Positions 26,976 to 38,958 of a stretch of 64,000 nt of DNA are shown here, one piece after another (positions within the stretch are counted from its first letter, which is position 1; every line of letters begins with the position of its first letter). The translations under genes were made by a program, and so were the position numbers. The stretch is from NCBI GenBank assembly GCA_002269645.1, contig NIVC01000608.1, positions 124,001 to 188,000 of the forward strand, written 5' to 3'. Below the pieces are notes generated by a model that searched no databases, was not told the origin of the DNA, and saw only the letters and a list, made by a program, of their open reading frames with translations. Source of the stretch: Macrostomum lignano (lineage: Eukaryota).

Positions 26976-28269
26976 ATCTTGGTTGTGCCTGTTAGAGTTG
27001 TGCCCGAGATATCGGTATTGTTAGTGGTGCGCTTTTTTGAAGCGTATTATTTTTAATAGTAAAAATAGTAGATATTGTTATGGGAAAGTTTGCGCCTGCT
27101 TTGACGCTATGACATATAAAATGTTTAACAAAAAAACAAAGAAGGTCCATCAAGCGCCCTTGGTGTTTCTTTCCAAGCATTCGAAGTATATTTTTCTGTT
27201 TGTAGTTTATCGATCAACTTTCACCTGTTGCTGTCAGCTGTTTCTCTCTTACCTGCACTCCGATTTGATTTATTGCTTAAAACGGATGGAAGCTTCGGCT
27301 CTAGAAAATATACGTTCAGTATTGTCATTATTTATTTATTTGTTTGTTTATTTGCTATCTGCTTCAGGTCGTTGCTCTGCCCTTGTTAAACTAGATTTAT
27401 AACAAATACGATTTTACAAATTTGCCCATAAATACGAGGGGTGTTGAATAAGTTTCCCGAAATTTTAGCCACAACTCCTTTGCACAGCTGCTTTATTGAT
27501 TGGTAAAAAACCTGCAAATCGATTCGGAACTGTAAATTGGCACCCGGCTTTATTGGAGTGAGTGAAAATTCAGTAGCTTAAAGGTTCGAATCTCACATTT
27601 TTACGGTCTAGAAGCTGATGCAGTTGTCACCGTTACTCCTAGTGTTATTGTGTTATTATTGAGTCCATTCTGTGATCTTATATCTTTTTTGTTGTTCGCC
27701 TAAAATTTAACTATGCATTGTCTTTCTGCACTACTGATAGTAAAAATATAAGTAAGCAACAAGTAAAACATTAGACGAAACTATAAAGATGTTTAACAAT
27801 TCTTGGCGGTTGCGGTTGCAGTATAAATATAATGCATAAAAATTAATACTATTTTATTGTCCGTTGTTATCGCAGAGTTATTATTATATTTATGTTTACA
27901 ATTAGCAGACTGTCCAGTTGCTTTTTATTTTCCAGTCCATTTTTTAATCATTATTATTCTTGTTCATTACAGGCTGCTACTCGCATTGTGCACCGAAATA
28001 TTTTAACTTCACATTAAACATTATTTCTTGTTGTGGCATGCACTCGTAAAATGCCTCTATTTGGAACAACTGTTTAGCATACTTACAATAGAGATGAATT
28101 TATTGATAATTAAAAGTATCACATCCATACGTTGCTATGGTTTGTTTGATTGAATTCTTGTATTGAATTCTTCAGTTAATTGTGGTGTTAAGTTTTTAAA
28201 AATTATTTTACAAGTAGTCTGTCAACAAATTATTGTTATTGTTGGCTGCTGCTACATAAGCGGGTGGTT

Positions 28270-29135
28270 AGGGGAGGTGGGGTGGTGTGTGGGCAGAGTA
28301 GGTAGGTGGTTTGTGGGTGGAGAAGGTAGGGTGGTTTGAGGCAGGAGAAGGTAGGGTGGTTTGAGACAGGAGAAGGTAGGGTGGTTTGTAGGTGGAGAAG
28401 GTAGGGTGGTTTGTAGGTGAAGGTAGGGTGGTTTGTAGGTGAAGAAGGTAGGGTGGTTTGTAGGTGAAGGTAGGGTGGTTTGTAGGTGAAGGTAGGGTGG
28501 TTTGTAGGTGAAGGTAGGGTGGTTTGTAGGTAAGGGTAGGGTGGTTTGAGGGTGGAGAAGGTAGGGTGGTTTGAGGCAGGAGAAGGTAGGGTGGTTTGAG
28601 GCAGGACAAGGTAGGGTGGTTTGAGGCAGGAGAAGGTAGGGTGGTTTGTGAGTGAAGGTAGGGTGGTTTGTGGGTGGAGAAGGTAAGGTGGTTTGTGGGT
28701 GGAGAAGGTAGGGTGGTTTGTGGGCGGAGAAGGTAGGGTGGTTTGTGGGCGGAGAAGGTAGGGTGGTTTGTGGGCGGAGAAGGTAGGGTGGTTTGTGGGC
28801 GGAGAAGGTAGGGTGATTTGTGGGCGGAGAAGGTAGGGTGGTTTGTGGGCGGAGAAGGTAGGGTGGTTTGTGGGCGGAGAAGGTAGGGTGATTTGTGAGC
28901 GAAGGTAGAGTGGTTTGTGGGTGGAGAAGGTAAGGTGGTTTGTGGGTGGAGAAGGTAGGGTAGTTTGTGGGCGGAGAAGGTAGGGTGGTTTGTAGGCGGA
29001 GAAGGTAGGGTCGTTTGTGAGTGAAGGTAGGGTGGTGTTTGGGTGGAGAAGGTAGGGTGGTTTGTGGGTGGAGAAGGTAGGGTGGTTTGTGGGCGGAGAA
29101 GGTAGGGTGGTTTGAAGGTGGAGAAGGTGGGGTGG
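28270..29135. repeat. ~25-bp G-rich minisatellite upstream of the SLC16 exon
   Basis: Unit GTAGGGTGGTTTGTGGGCGGAGAAG. Confidence 0.95.
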
Positions 29136-29225
29136 AGTATGGGTGAAATAGGTTTAGTATCCAGCTGCCTGTTTTCCTGTAGGTTCATATTTTTTCGATA
29201 CATATCGGCTCAATTTTATTTTCAG

Positions 29226-32200
29226 CCTGGCCACGCCGATGCAGCGACGCGGGGAGCGGAGGGGCTGGCTCCTAAGTCCGCCCCAGTCGAGGACGGCGTG
29301 GAGGAGGCTGACGCATCCAACACTGACGGAAGCCGCAGCATGGAGTTCGTAGTGGTGACGACGGATAATGAAGGAGGATCCGCGCTGGACGGCGGCTACG
29401 GCTGGGCGGTGGTGGGCGCCGCCTTCATGGTCAACCTGCTGGCGGACGGCATCACCTTCTCGTTCGGCCTGCTGCTCACTGAGCTGTTCAACTCGCTGGG
29501 CGACTCCCGCGAGCAGCTGGCCTGGATCAGCTCCCTGCTGTGCGGCGCGCCGCTGCTGCTGGGACCTGTCACCTCCGTGCTTGTCGACAGGTCAGCGCAC
29601 CTGGCCTGCACTCCTCATCTGCTTCTTCATCCGCTCCACATCAGTTGCGACACTCATCCGCCCCCATCACCCACTCTCATCCGCCCCCATCACCCACTCT
29701 CATCCGCCCCCATCCCCTGAACTCTCATCCGCCCCAGCCCCAACTCTCATCCGCCCCAGCCCCAACTTTTATCCGCCCCTATCAACACTCTCATCCGCCC
29801 CACCCATACTCTCATCCGCCCCAGCCCCAACTCTCATCTGCCCCATCCCCAACTTTCATCCGCCCCCATCACCCATTCTCATCCGCCCCATCCTCACTCT
29901 CATCCGCCCCCATCCCCACTCTCATCCGCCCCCACGCCACCGCAGGTTCGGCTGCCGGCGGGTGTGCATGGCCGGCGGGCTGCTGTCGGGCGCCGGTTTC
30001 GCTGTGGTATTCGCGGGGCCGCCCAGCCGCTTACTGGTGGTGCTGTCGGCTGGCCTGGTGTCAGGCCTGGGCCTGGGGCTGTGCTACATGCCGGCGGTCA
30101 CGTCAGTGTCCTATTATTTCCGAAGACGCAGAGCTCTGGCCACTGGCATCTCGGTATCGGGTTCGGGCGTTGGCACCCTGTTATTCGCCTACATCACCGG
30201 AGCCTGTCTGAACACCTACGGTTGGCGGGGCTCGTTTCTACTGTTAGGCGGACTGCTGTTTAATCTGTGCGCCTGCGGTGCGCTGCTTAGACCCCTGGCG
30301 CCTCGACTGAAACGGACCAGGCTGCGATTGGACAAGGCCAATCAGGCCGAGTCGAGGCATAATGTTGCGCTTCGGCTGGGTGAATTTTTCGAATTTTAAT
30401 TGTCTTCAAACCCAACTAAATGCTTGAACATCTGAAATCTTATTCCATTGTTTGTCCGATATGGATCCCACGCTGTTCACATCTTAGTTAGAATCCCATT
30501 TACAAAGTTCAGCATCCCATCACCTGGGTTATTGATACCATATTGAATACCTGAGTTCGAATCCCCATATGGATCCCCGTGTCGATCCCCCAGTTCAAAA
30601 TCCACACATTGATCCCTGCGTGAGTTCATAATCCCATTCCCGTAATTCAGAATCACATTTGGGATAAGAATCCCATTCCACCTTTTAACACACTTATCTT
30701 GAACACTTTAGATAACAGCGGAAACCGTGGCGAGCTGTCGCTAGCCAGGCGTCACCTGTTTCTTCTGTCTCGAGGCTCCGCCGCTGGCTCCGCTGTCGAG
30801 AAGTCGGTGAACAACGCTGAATGCAACCAGATAGACGACATTGAATCCAGCATTACTGACAGGACTGAAGGCCAGATTACCAAGTTTGTTGCTTTTTGTT
30901 CTCTTCTATTGGGAGTGGAACTAGAGATGGAATCACAAGGCAGGCAGCTGGAGACAGGGAAGCTGGAGCAGTGAAAAGGAGATATTTAGACACTGGCAGA
31001 GAGACGTAGGCATTAGTAGGGAGAGAAGTAGACAGTGTAAATTAGATAGGCAGTGGAAAGAGTTAGTTGGATGAAAGGAGATAGACAGAAGGAGGGAGAG
31101 AGGTAAACAGTATGACAGAGAAAGGTAGATAGTAGGAGGGAGAGAAGTAAACAGTAGGAGGGAGAGAGGTAGACAGTAGGACAGAGAAAGGTAGACAGTA
31201 GGACGGAGAGAAGTAGACAGTAGTAGGGAGAGGTAGACAGTAGGACAGAGAGAGGTAGACTGTAGGAGGGAGAGGTAGACAGTAGGAGGGAGAGAGGTAG
31301 ACTGTAGGAGGGAGAGGTAGACAGTAGGAGGGAGAGAGGTAGACTGTAGGAGGGAGAGACGTAGACAGTAGGACAGAGAAGGTAGACAGTAGGACAGAGA
31401 AGGTAGACAGTAGGAGGGAGAGAAGTAGACAGTAGGAGGGAGAGAGGTAGACTGTAAGAGGGAGAGGTAGACAGTATGAGGGAGAGAGGTAGACAGTAGG
31501 ACAGAGAAAGGTAGACTGTAGGACGGAGAGAAGTAGACAGTAGTAGGGAGAGGTAGACAGTAGGACAGAGAGAGGTAGACTGTAGGAGGGAGAGAGGTAG
31601 ACAGTAGGACAGAGAAAGGTAGACAGTAGGACGGAGAGAAGTAGACAGTAGTAGGGAGAGGTAGACAGTAGGACAGAGAAAGGTAGACAGTAGGACGGAG
31701 AGAAGTAGACAGTAGTACAGAGAAAGGTAGACAGTAGGAGGGAGAGAGATAGACTGTAGGAGGGAGAGAAGTAGACAGTAGGAGGGAGAGAGATAGACTG
31801 TAGGAGGGAGAGGTAGACTGTCATGAACGCGAATTGTGGTCGATTGCCTTTTTGTCCGAATAGGAAATAATTTCAACAGCTTTTATTTGTTAGCTATGAG
31901 GCAACTTAGGCAACTTAGAATTCTTGAGGTACGAACGAACGACCGACCTCTTAGCTCTTACAGGGACACGCCAGGTTGGAACATAGATAATAAGATGAGG
32001 CACCGCTTTTGCTATAAGCAACGAAACTAACGAGTATGCGATAACATAGCACTGATAGCATAGCATGTCCCCCTTTCGATGAGAACTTCGATGAGGTCAT
32101 GAAATGTGAATAAACAAATCCATAAAGGTGTAGGTTGTAGTTAGAGCTCCAATACGACAGAGTTAGAACATTAACAGATTATGGCACAAAACGATCAGGT

Positions 32201-35200
32201 GCATGCAAAGCTCGTGTGCTTCTGCGCGGTGCATGTCCAGCTTTCTGTTGGTCATTCATAGGCTGCTCCTCCTGGTCCGGAAGCTCGAAAGCAACTTCCT
32301 CCTCCTCCTCAGTACCAGGTAGCGGGGCGATTTGGTTGTTTCTCGCCAGTCGCAACTTGTCCTCAGCGAACAGCCAGGAGGTATTGTGTCCTCGCGACAT
32401 CAGAAACTCAGCTTGGGAGGAAGGAGCATCAGATTTGGGCTTGTATACCACTTTGGCGCCCTGTTAAAACGCAGAAACTACTGGAACTCGAAGGGGACGT
32501 CCAAAGAGCAATTCAGCCGGCCTCTTGCCGCGCCACAGAGAGGAGTTGCGGTGGTGCAGGAGCACTTTCTGCATGTAGGAAATAAAGTCACAGTGAGTCA
32601 GTCGCTGAGTCCAGGCCTTAAGGGCCCTCTTAACTGTCTGCACAGCGCGCTCTGCGGTGCCGTTGGATTGCGGTGAGTAGGGCGGCGATTCCAACTTGCG
32701 CGCTCCGTTAGCTTGTAGCCAGTCCAGCAAAACTTCAGATGTAAATTCGGCCCCGCTATCGGAAACTACGACCTCTGGAACACCAAACCGGTAAAAAACA
32801 GTCCGAAGGCACTTTAGGACGCTGTCGGCAGATCTATCCTTTGATGGAAAGGCCTCGATCCATCCGGAAAAGGCATCGACAACTATCAGAATGTTCCCGA
32901 CTTCAGGCACGAAGACCCAATCCATGTGGATTCTCTGGAATGGGGCCGATTCCGGGGGCCAAATGTCGCGTGACTTCATCAGACGGGGCCTTAATTTAGC
33001 GCATGCGTAGCACTGGCGCACAAACTCCTCCGTGTCGTGGTGCATTCCAGGCCACCAGCAGGTTAGAGACAGTAGGTTGAAGGTTGCCGAAACTCCCGAA
33101 TGAGTGTCGTGAACCGCTTTAAATGCTTCGAGGCGCAACCCAGGCGGAATGAAGACACGCCTTCTCATGTACAACAGACCATTTTCAATCGTCAGGCACT
33201 CAGCTACCTTCTTGAACGGCATCTCAGCTTCCGAGCAGTCCTTCCAGTTTCCTGTACGGACCGACCCTCTTCATCACCCGCTGAGTTAAGGAGTCGGCAG
33301 CGAGTTCACTAGCAATTCGCTGAGGATCCACTTTAGGGGACTCGAATGCCACACAGTAAATGGACTCAACGATCTCCTTTGGCTCCGAGTCTACTTTTTC
33401 AAATGGCAGGCGCGAGAGCGCATTTGCGTGTGGGATCTTTACACCGGGAATGTACTGAATTTCGAAATCAAACTGCATCAAATACAGTGCCCATCGACTG
33501 ATCCTGGCCGAAGTATTTGTGGGAATCGCACCACCAAAAAGGCGCAGGAGTGGTTAGTGGTCTGTTTGGACTGTGAATCTTCTTCCCTGGAGGTAGTGCT
33601 TCAGACGGCACACTGCCCAAAAAATTGCAAGTGCCTCCCTTTCGATGTTAGAGTAGTTCTCTTCAGCTTGCGAGAGCGTTCTGGAAAGGAAGATTACCGG
33701 ATGGCTTTCCTGTGTCACGACACCTGCCAGCGCCCTTTAGATGCATCCGTCGTCAGCGTGACCTTCTCAAGTGAGTATGGTTGTACCACAGGTCTCGTGG
33801 AGATCTCCTTTTTCAAGCACTCGAAAGCTCGAGTACAGTCTTCCGACCAGATAAAGGGAGTGGCGGGCTTGCGCAGACGGTTCAGTGGTGCAACTTTAAA
33901 AGAGAATTCAGGAATGAGGCGTCCAAAAAAATTGACTAATCCCAAAAACTGCTCAACCTCCTTCTTCGAACTCGGGATGGATATGCGCTGGATCTTTTCT
34001 ACCAGCTTGTCATCGGGCCAGATCCCAGCCGCCGAAATCTTAAAGCCGAGGAAGGTAATCTCATCGCATAAGTCAATGCACTTTTTCTCATTGATACTGA
34101 CTTTTTTATTGGCCAGTCTCTGAGTCTCGTCTTAACCGAGGTAAGTCGCTTACTAAGCGAGTCGGCATTCTCAGCAAAAACAGGAACATCATCCTGATAA
34201 ATAAGTATTCCTTTTAGATCTGTCAGGATGCTCTCCATCGCCCTTTGGAATATAAATGAAGCATTTTTCATGACCATCTGCAGTCGCTTGACACGATAGA
34301 GTCCGCGTGAAGTGTTGATGGTTGAAAGCTCCTGTGCCTCCTCATAAAGAGCAATTTGCCAGTAGGCCGATCGTAGGTCTACCTTTGCAAACTTCTTAGC
34401 GTTCTTTAGCTTGGCAAACAGGTGCTCAGTAGATGGAATGGGGTACGAGTCCGACTTTATCTTCGCATTTACATGAACCTTATAGTCAGCGCACATTCTG
34501 AGCGATCCATCAGATTTCTTGACCCACACCACGGGAGAAGCATTACTTACCGGTCCTTCCACCGGCTCAATGACGCCCAACTGCTGCAGTTTCTCAAGTT
34601 CGGCGTTGATTTTATCTTCCATGGATAGCAGGACCGGGCGAGCACGGCAGAACTGAGGCGTCGTCCCCTCAAGTAGCTCCATGTAGGCCTTGACACCCTT
34701 GATCGTTGGCAGGGGCTCGACTGCCGGTGGCGCAGATGCTGTTGCTCCGTGGAAGATTGCATCAGAGTCCAGCAAGTCTCGCCCCAAAAGGCCGAACGAC
34801 TTTGAGGACGAAACAACCATAAGCTCCATGGGATGCAGGCGTTTACGTAGCTCTACTACAGTCACAAGCTTGCCCAGTGTCTTCAGGCTATGCCCATCGT
34901 ACGCCTCCAGGCGCCGGTTACACTCTTTTAGCTGCGGTCAGTTCAGATCTTCCCAGATCTTTGACGAGAGCACTGAGACAGAAGCACCGGTGTCCACCTG
35001 CATAGGAATCTTGACACCGTTTAGTAGCATAGTCTCCGAGGCTTCAGAAATGGCATGCACTTGGCCTACATCAGCCAGATGAAGTAGATCCGCTCGATCG
35101 TGCGTAGAGTCGCTAAGGGGGGAGAAAGGTAGACAGTAGGAGGGATAGAGGTAAACAGTAGGACAGAGAAAGGTAGACAGTAGGAGGGAGAGAAGTAAAC

Positions 35201-36568
35201 AGTAGGAGGGAGAGAGGTAGACATTAGGGAGGGAGGTAGACAGTACAAAACAACAAACCTTCCCTTCCCACCGCAGGCTGGCTCACCTGCTGCGGCGGCC
35301 AGTCTACCTTCTATTGCTGGCGTCCAACTTTCTGTTATATTTCTGGTACAACATCACCTATTACTTCCTACCCGATCACGCGACCGAATTAGGCTTCAGC
35401 AGCCAGCAGTCGGAGCTTGTCATCGCCATTGTAGGCGTATCCAATGCTGTGGGCCAGATAGCCATAGGCGTGATTGCCGATCATCCGAGGGTGAACGCCA
35501 CTTTGCTGTACAGCCTGTGCATTGGACTGGCCGGCCTGTCAAACAGCCTCATCCCGCTGTGCGCCAGTCTGTCAGCTTTGATTGTTTATGGCTTGTCGTT
35601 TGGCTTCTTGATTAGCGCCAATTTCGCATTGGGCTCCATACTGCTGATTGACAGGTTCGGATTGGAAAGATTCACGTCTGCCTACGGTGTTATGCTGTTT
35701 GTGCAGGGCCTGGCTAGCTTGTTCGGACCGCCGGCTATTGGTAAGCTGTTTGTCTGTTATAGTGCCTGTTTATAAGTTGTTTACAGTCTCTGTTTATTGC
35801 TTCCAGGCTGTTTTCAGTGTTTGTTTAATAGCTGCTTTCAGTGTCAGTTTAGGCCGGTTTTTGGTGTCAGTTTAAGGCTGTTTTCAGTGTCTGTTTATAG
35901 CTGTTTTTGGTGTCTGTTTATGGCTGTTTTTAGTGTCTGTTTATGGCTGTTTTTGGTGTCTGTTTATGGCTGTTTTTGGTGTCTGTTTATGGCGGTTTTT
36001 GGTGTCTGTTTATAGCTGTTTTTGGTGTCTGTTTATGGCTGTTTTTGGTGTCTGTTTATGGCTGTTTTTGGTGTCTGTTTATGGCTGTTTTCAGTGTCTG
36101 TTTATGGCTGTTTATGCTGACTGTTTATGCCTGTTTACATTGTCTGCGTATGACAGTTTATTATCGTGTGTATTTATGGTTGTTTATTATCGTCTCGGTT
36201 TATGGCTGTTTACAGTGTCTGTTTAAATCTGTCAATCTGTTTAATACTGTATGACTCTGTTCACAGCATCTCTTCACCGCAGCCCCGCCCTCCATCCCCC
36301 AGGCTACATGCGGGACTCGGACGCCAATTACAACCGGGCATTTGTTTACTCCGGAATTTTCATCGCCGCCTCCGCTCTGCTCATAGTGCCGTCCTATTTC
36401 CGGTTCTGCCTTCTGGCCCGGCTCTCCTGCTCCTGCTGCTGCTGGGGTCGCCACCTGAGCTCATCCTCCATTGCCATCTCTTCTGCGGTAGCGCGCACGC
36501 CGAATTCTAAGCAAAGCAGCCAGTCAGTTGAGCCCGAGCTGAAGTCTGCTGAGTCCGAGCATTTATAG
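29226..36568 (+). CDS. Monocarboxylate transporter (SLC16/MFS family), 5 exons identified, true start uncertain
   Basis: Exons 29226-29590, 29946-30379, 30712-30883, 35277-35740, 36303-36568 are phase-consistent (1701 nt). Motifs ALDGGYGWAVV, LVDR|FGCRRV, YYFRRRRALATGISVSGSGVG, YGWRGSFLL, DRFGLERFTSAYG, GPPAIG|GYMRD. The in-frame ATG at 29340 or an unseen upstream exon may start it. The 30883 donor is weak. Confidence 0.88.
29640..29935. repeat. ~23-bp C-rich minisatellite in an SLC16 intron
   Basis: Unit CTCTCATCCGCCCCCATCCCCCA, running into the acceptor at 29945. Confidence 0.9.
31070..31818. repeat. ~22-bp purine minisatellite, left part (resumes at 35116-35245)
   Basis: Unit GGTAGACAGTAGGAGGGAGAGA, interrupted by the Gypsy element. 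Confidence 0.93.
31819..35115 (-). mobile_element. 5'-truncated Ty3/Gypsy LTR retrotransposon (PR-RT-RH-IN + 3' LTR), defective
   Basis: On the minus strand: protease QVDTGAS, RT LIYQDD, RNase H TLTTDAS..YSNIERE, integrase HHCC (HDTH..CYAC) and IHMD..VSDSGAEF..SNGTAERAVQT, in Gypsy order. PPT AAAGGGGGA precedes a TG..CA 3' LTR at 32065-31819 that contains AATAAA. Frameshifts and stops; no gag or 5' LTR. Confidence 0.93.
35760..36235. repeat. 23-bp minisatellite in the last SLC16 intron
   Basis: Unit GTGTCTGTTTATGGCTGTTTTTG. Confidence 0.93.
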
Positions 36569-37557
36569 TGTGACCTTGAAACTGTTACTCCTTCAATTAG
36601 TAACGATAAGTTAAATGTTGCAAGTTGTTGACTTTTTTAGTTTATTTGCATTTAGAAGTGGGTGCCTGCTATTTTGCATTTATCCCCTAATTGCTTTGTT
36701 TTCTCTGTTTTGTTTTGTTTTTATTTATTTGCTCAAATAGAATGACAAAAATACGAATGAAACGGATGATTGTCGTTTTATATAAGAAACATTCTAAACA
36801 TCTATGTGCCCTATGTGTATTTTCATTGACTTAAATTGATTTTTATTGTCATAGTATTTAATAATATCAATTATCGCAGTTTTCAGTTTAGAAAATTTTT
36901 TCTTTTTTTCACAAATTAAGCGTTAAAACTTTCAGACGCCGCTGCTTACTTCCGATTCAGTAGTATGTAAAGGAAAATAATAGTTTTTTCTGTATGAGAG
37001 ATGGAAATTAAAACTGCTTAACGACCTGGGTTTGTGTCAATGTGTGTTATGAATTGATCTATCAATTTTCACGTGAGTCATGTGACTGATTTGTTATCAG
37101 TACAGAATGTACATTACGTTGACGGGACAAATAATGTACATGACAGCCTATAGGGAAAGGGTCCTAATCAAGAGATTGAGCCAAATGGATTTTTAAGTAA
37201 AAAATCGATTCTTGTGACGTTTTCTTCATGGAGGGAAGGGGTAACTGACAAATGTCAGTTTCGAAGTACACCCACGAGGGAGAAAATTCTAGAATGCCCA
37301 CGAGGTGGCCGCGTGATTCTATGGTTACAATGGCGTCTGCCCATGTTCGACCTTTCTTAAATAGAAGGTATGGAAACCTACGTACCGGTATATAAACAAG
37401 TACATATTACAGCTCAATTTCTTGACATTTTCCCGTGTTGCTACATGCATATTATACTGAATTGTAAGTAGCTAAACAGCGGCCTACACGAATTTTAGTT
37501 ACATGAATACGAAACAATAGTATCTGTATAGCGGTTCAATGTGGATTCTGGACTCGA

Positions 37558-38270
37558 TCACGGCACCCAGTGGTGCGGCAGAGTCGGCGGCCACATGGGA
37601 TGGATCAGGTAGTCGCCCCGGACCCTGGTTGGCTGGTACACCAGGCCACGCGGGTGCCTATCGGCTGAGACCGACGCCCAGCGCGCCTGCTGGCCGCTGC
37701 CGCACTCTGGGTGTCGCCGACCAGAAACCGCGCGCAGTCGTTCGCGCTCCACCGGGCCCTGGTACTTCATGTAGCGGTGCAGCGAGGGCTGCGCAGAGCG
37801 CTGCCAGTCTGTCATGCGTCTCTGAGAGTTTGTGGAAGCAAATCAGATAGGTTGCTTTCTCTGTGTTTGCTGGACTCTACCTCTACATTTTCTTGACTCT
37901 GGCTCCATCAGCCGACTCGACTCACCCTGGCCTGCGCAAAATCCTCGTCACTTTCGTCATCCGGCAGGCGGCCCAGGCTTGAGACTCGAAACTCCAGCTT
38001 CTGGCCGAAGACCTCCTCAACCGGGTCTTTGTCTGCGTACTGGCGCAGCGCGCCGTCGTCTGGCCGGTCAGCGAATTTGGCGCGCTGACGCTGGCGCGCA
38101 ACCTGCTCGGACTGCGACCGGCTGGCGTCAACTGAAGTTGTTTTCAGGGAGGAGACGAGGTCCTTTGGGTTAGTTTAGTTGGTTAGTTAGTTTAGTTAGT
38201 CAGTTAGTTAGTTAGTTAGTCAGTTAGTAAGTCAGTTAGTTAGTTACATGTAGCTAGCTAGTTAGTTAGG

Positions 38271-38322
<52 letters not shown>

Positions 38323-38332
38323 ATGTTAGTCT

Positions 38333-38381
<49 letters not shown>

Positions 38382-38391
38382 CTAGCTAGTC

Positions 38392-38449
<58 letters not shown>

Positions 38450-38563
38450 CTATTTAGTCAGTTAGTTAGTTAGTTAGTTAGTATGTTAGTCTGTTAGTTA
38501 GTTAGTTAGTCAGTTAGTTAGCTAGTTAGTTAGTTAGTTAGTCAGTTAGTTAGTTAGTTATTC

Positions 38564-38624
<61 letters not shown>

Positions 38625-38675
38625 TTTAGTTTGTTAGTTAGTTAGTTAGTTCGTTAGTTAGTTAGTTAGTTAGTC

Positions 38676-38713
<38 letters not shown>

Positions 38714-38718
38714 CTAGC

Positions 38719-38749
<31 letters not shown>

Positions 38750-38750
38750 C

Positions 38751-38808
<58 letters not shown>

Positions 38809-38809
38809 T

Positions 38810-38892
<83 letters not shown>

Positions 38893-38893
38893 T

Positions 38894-38958
<65 letters not shown>

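Noticed and set aside
27432-27462. TACGAGGGGTGTTGAATAAGTTTCCCG, a mariner-like TIR
   Set aside because: No partner TIR or transposase found nearby; a solo end at best.
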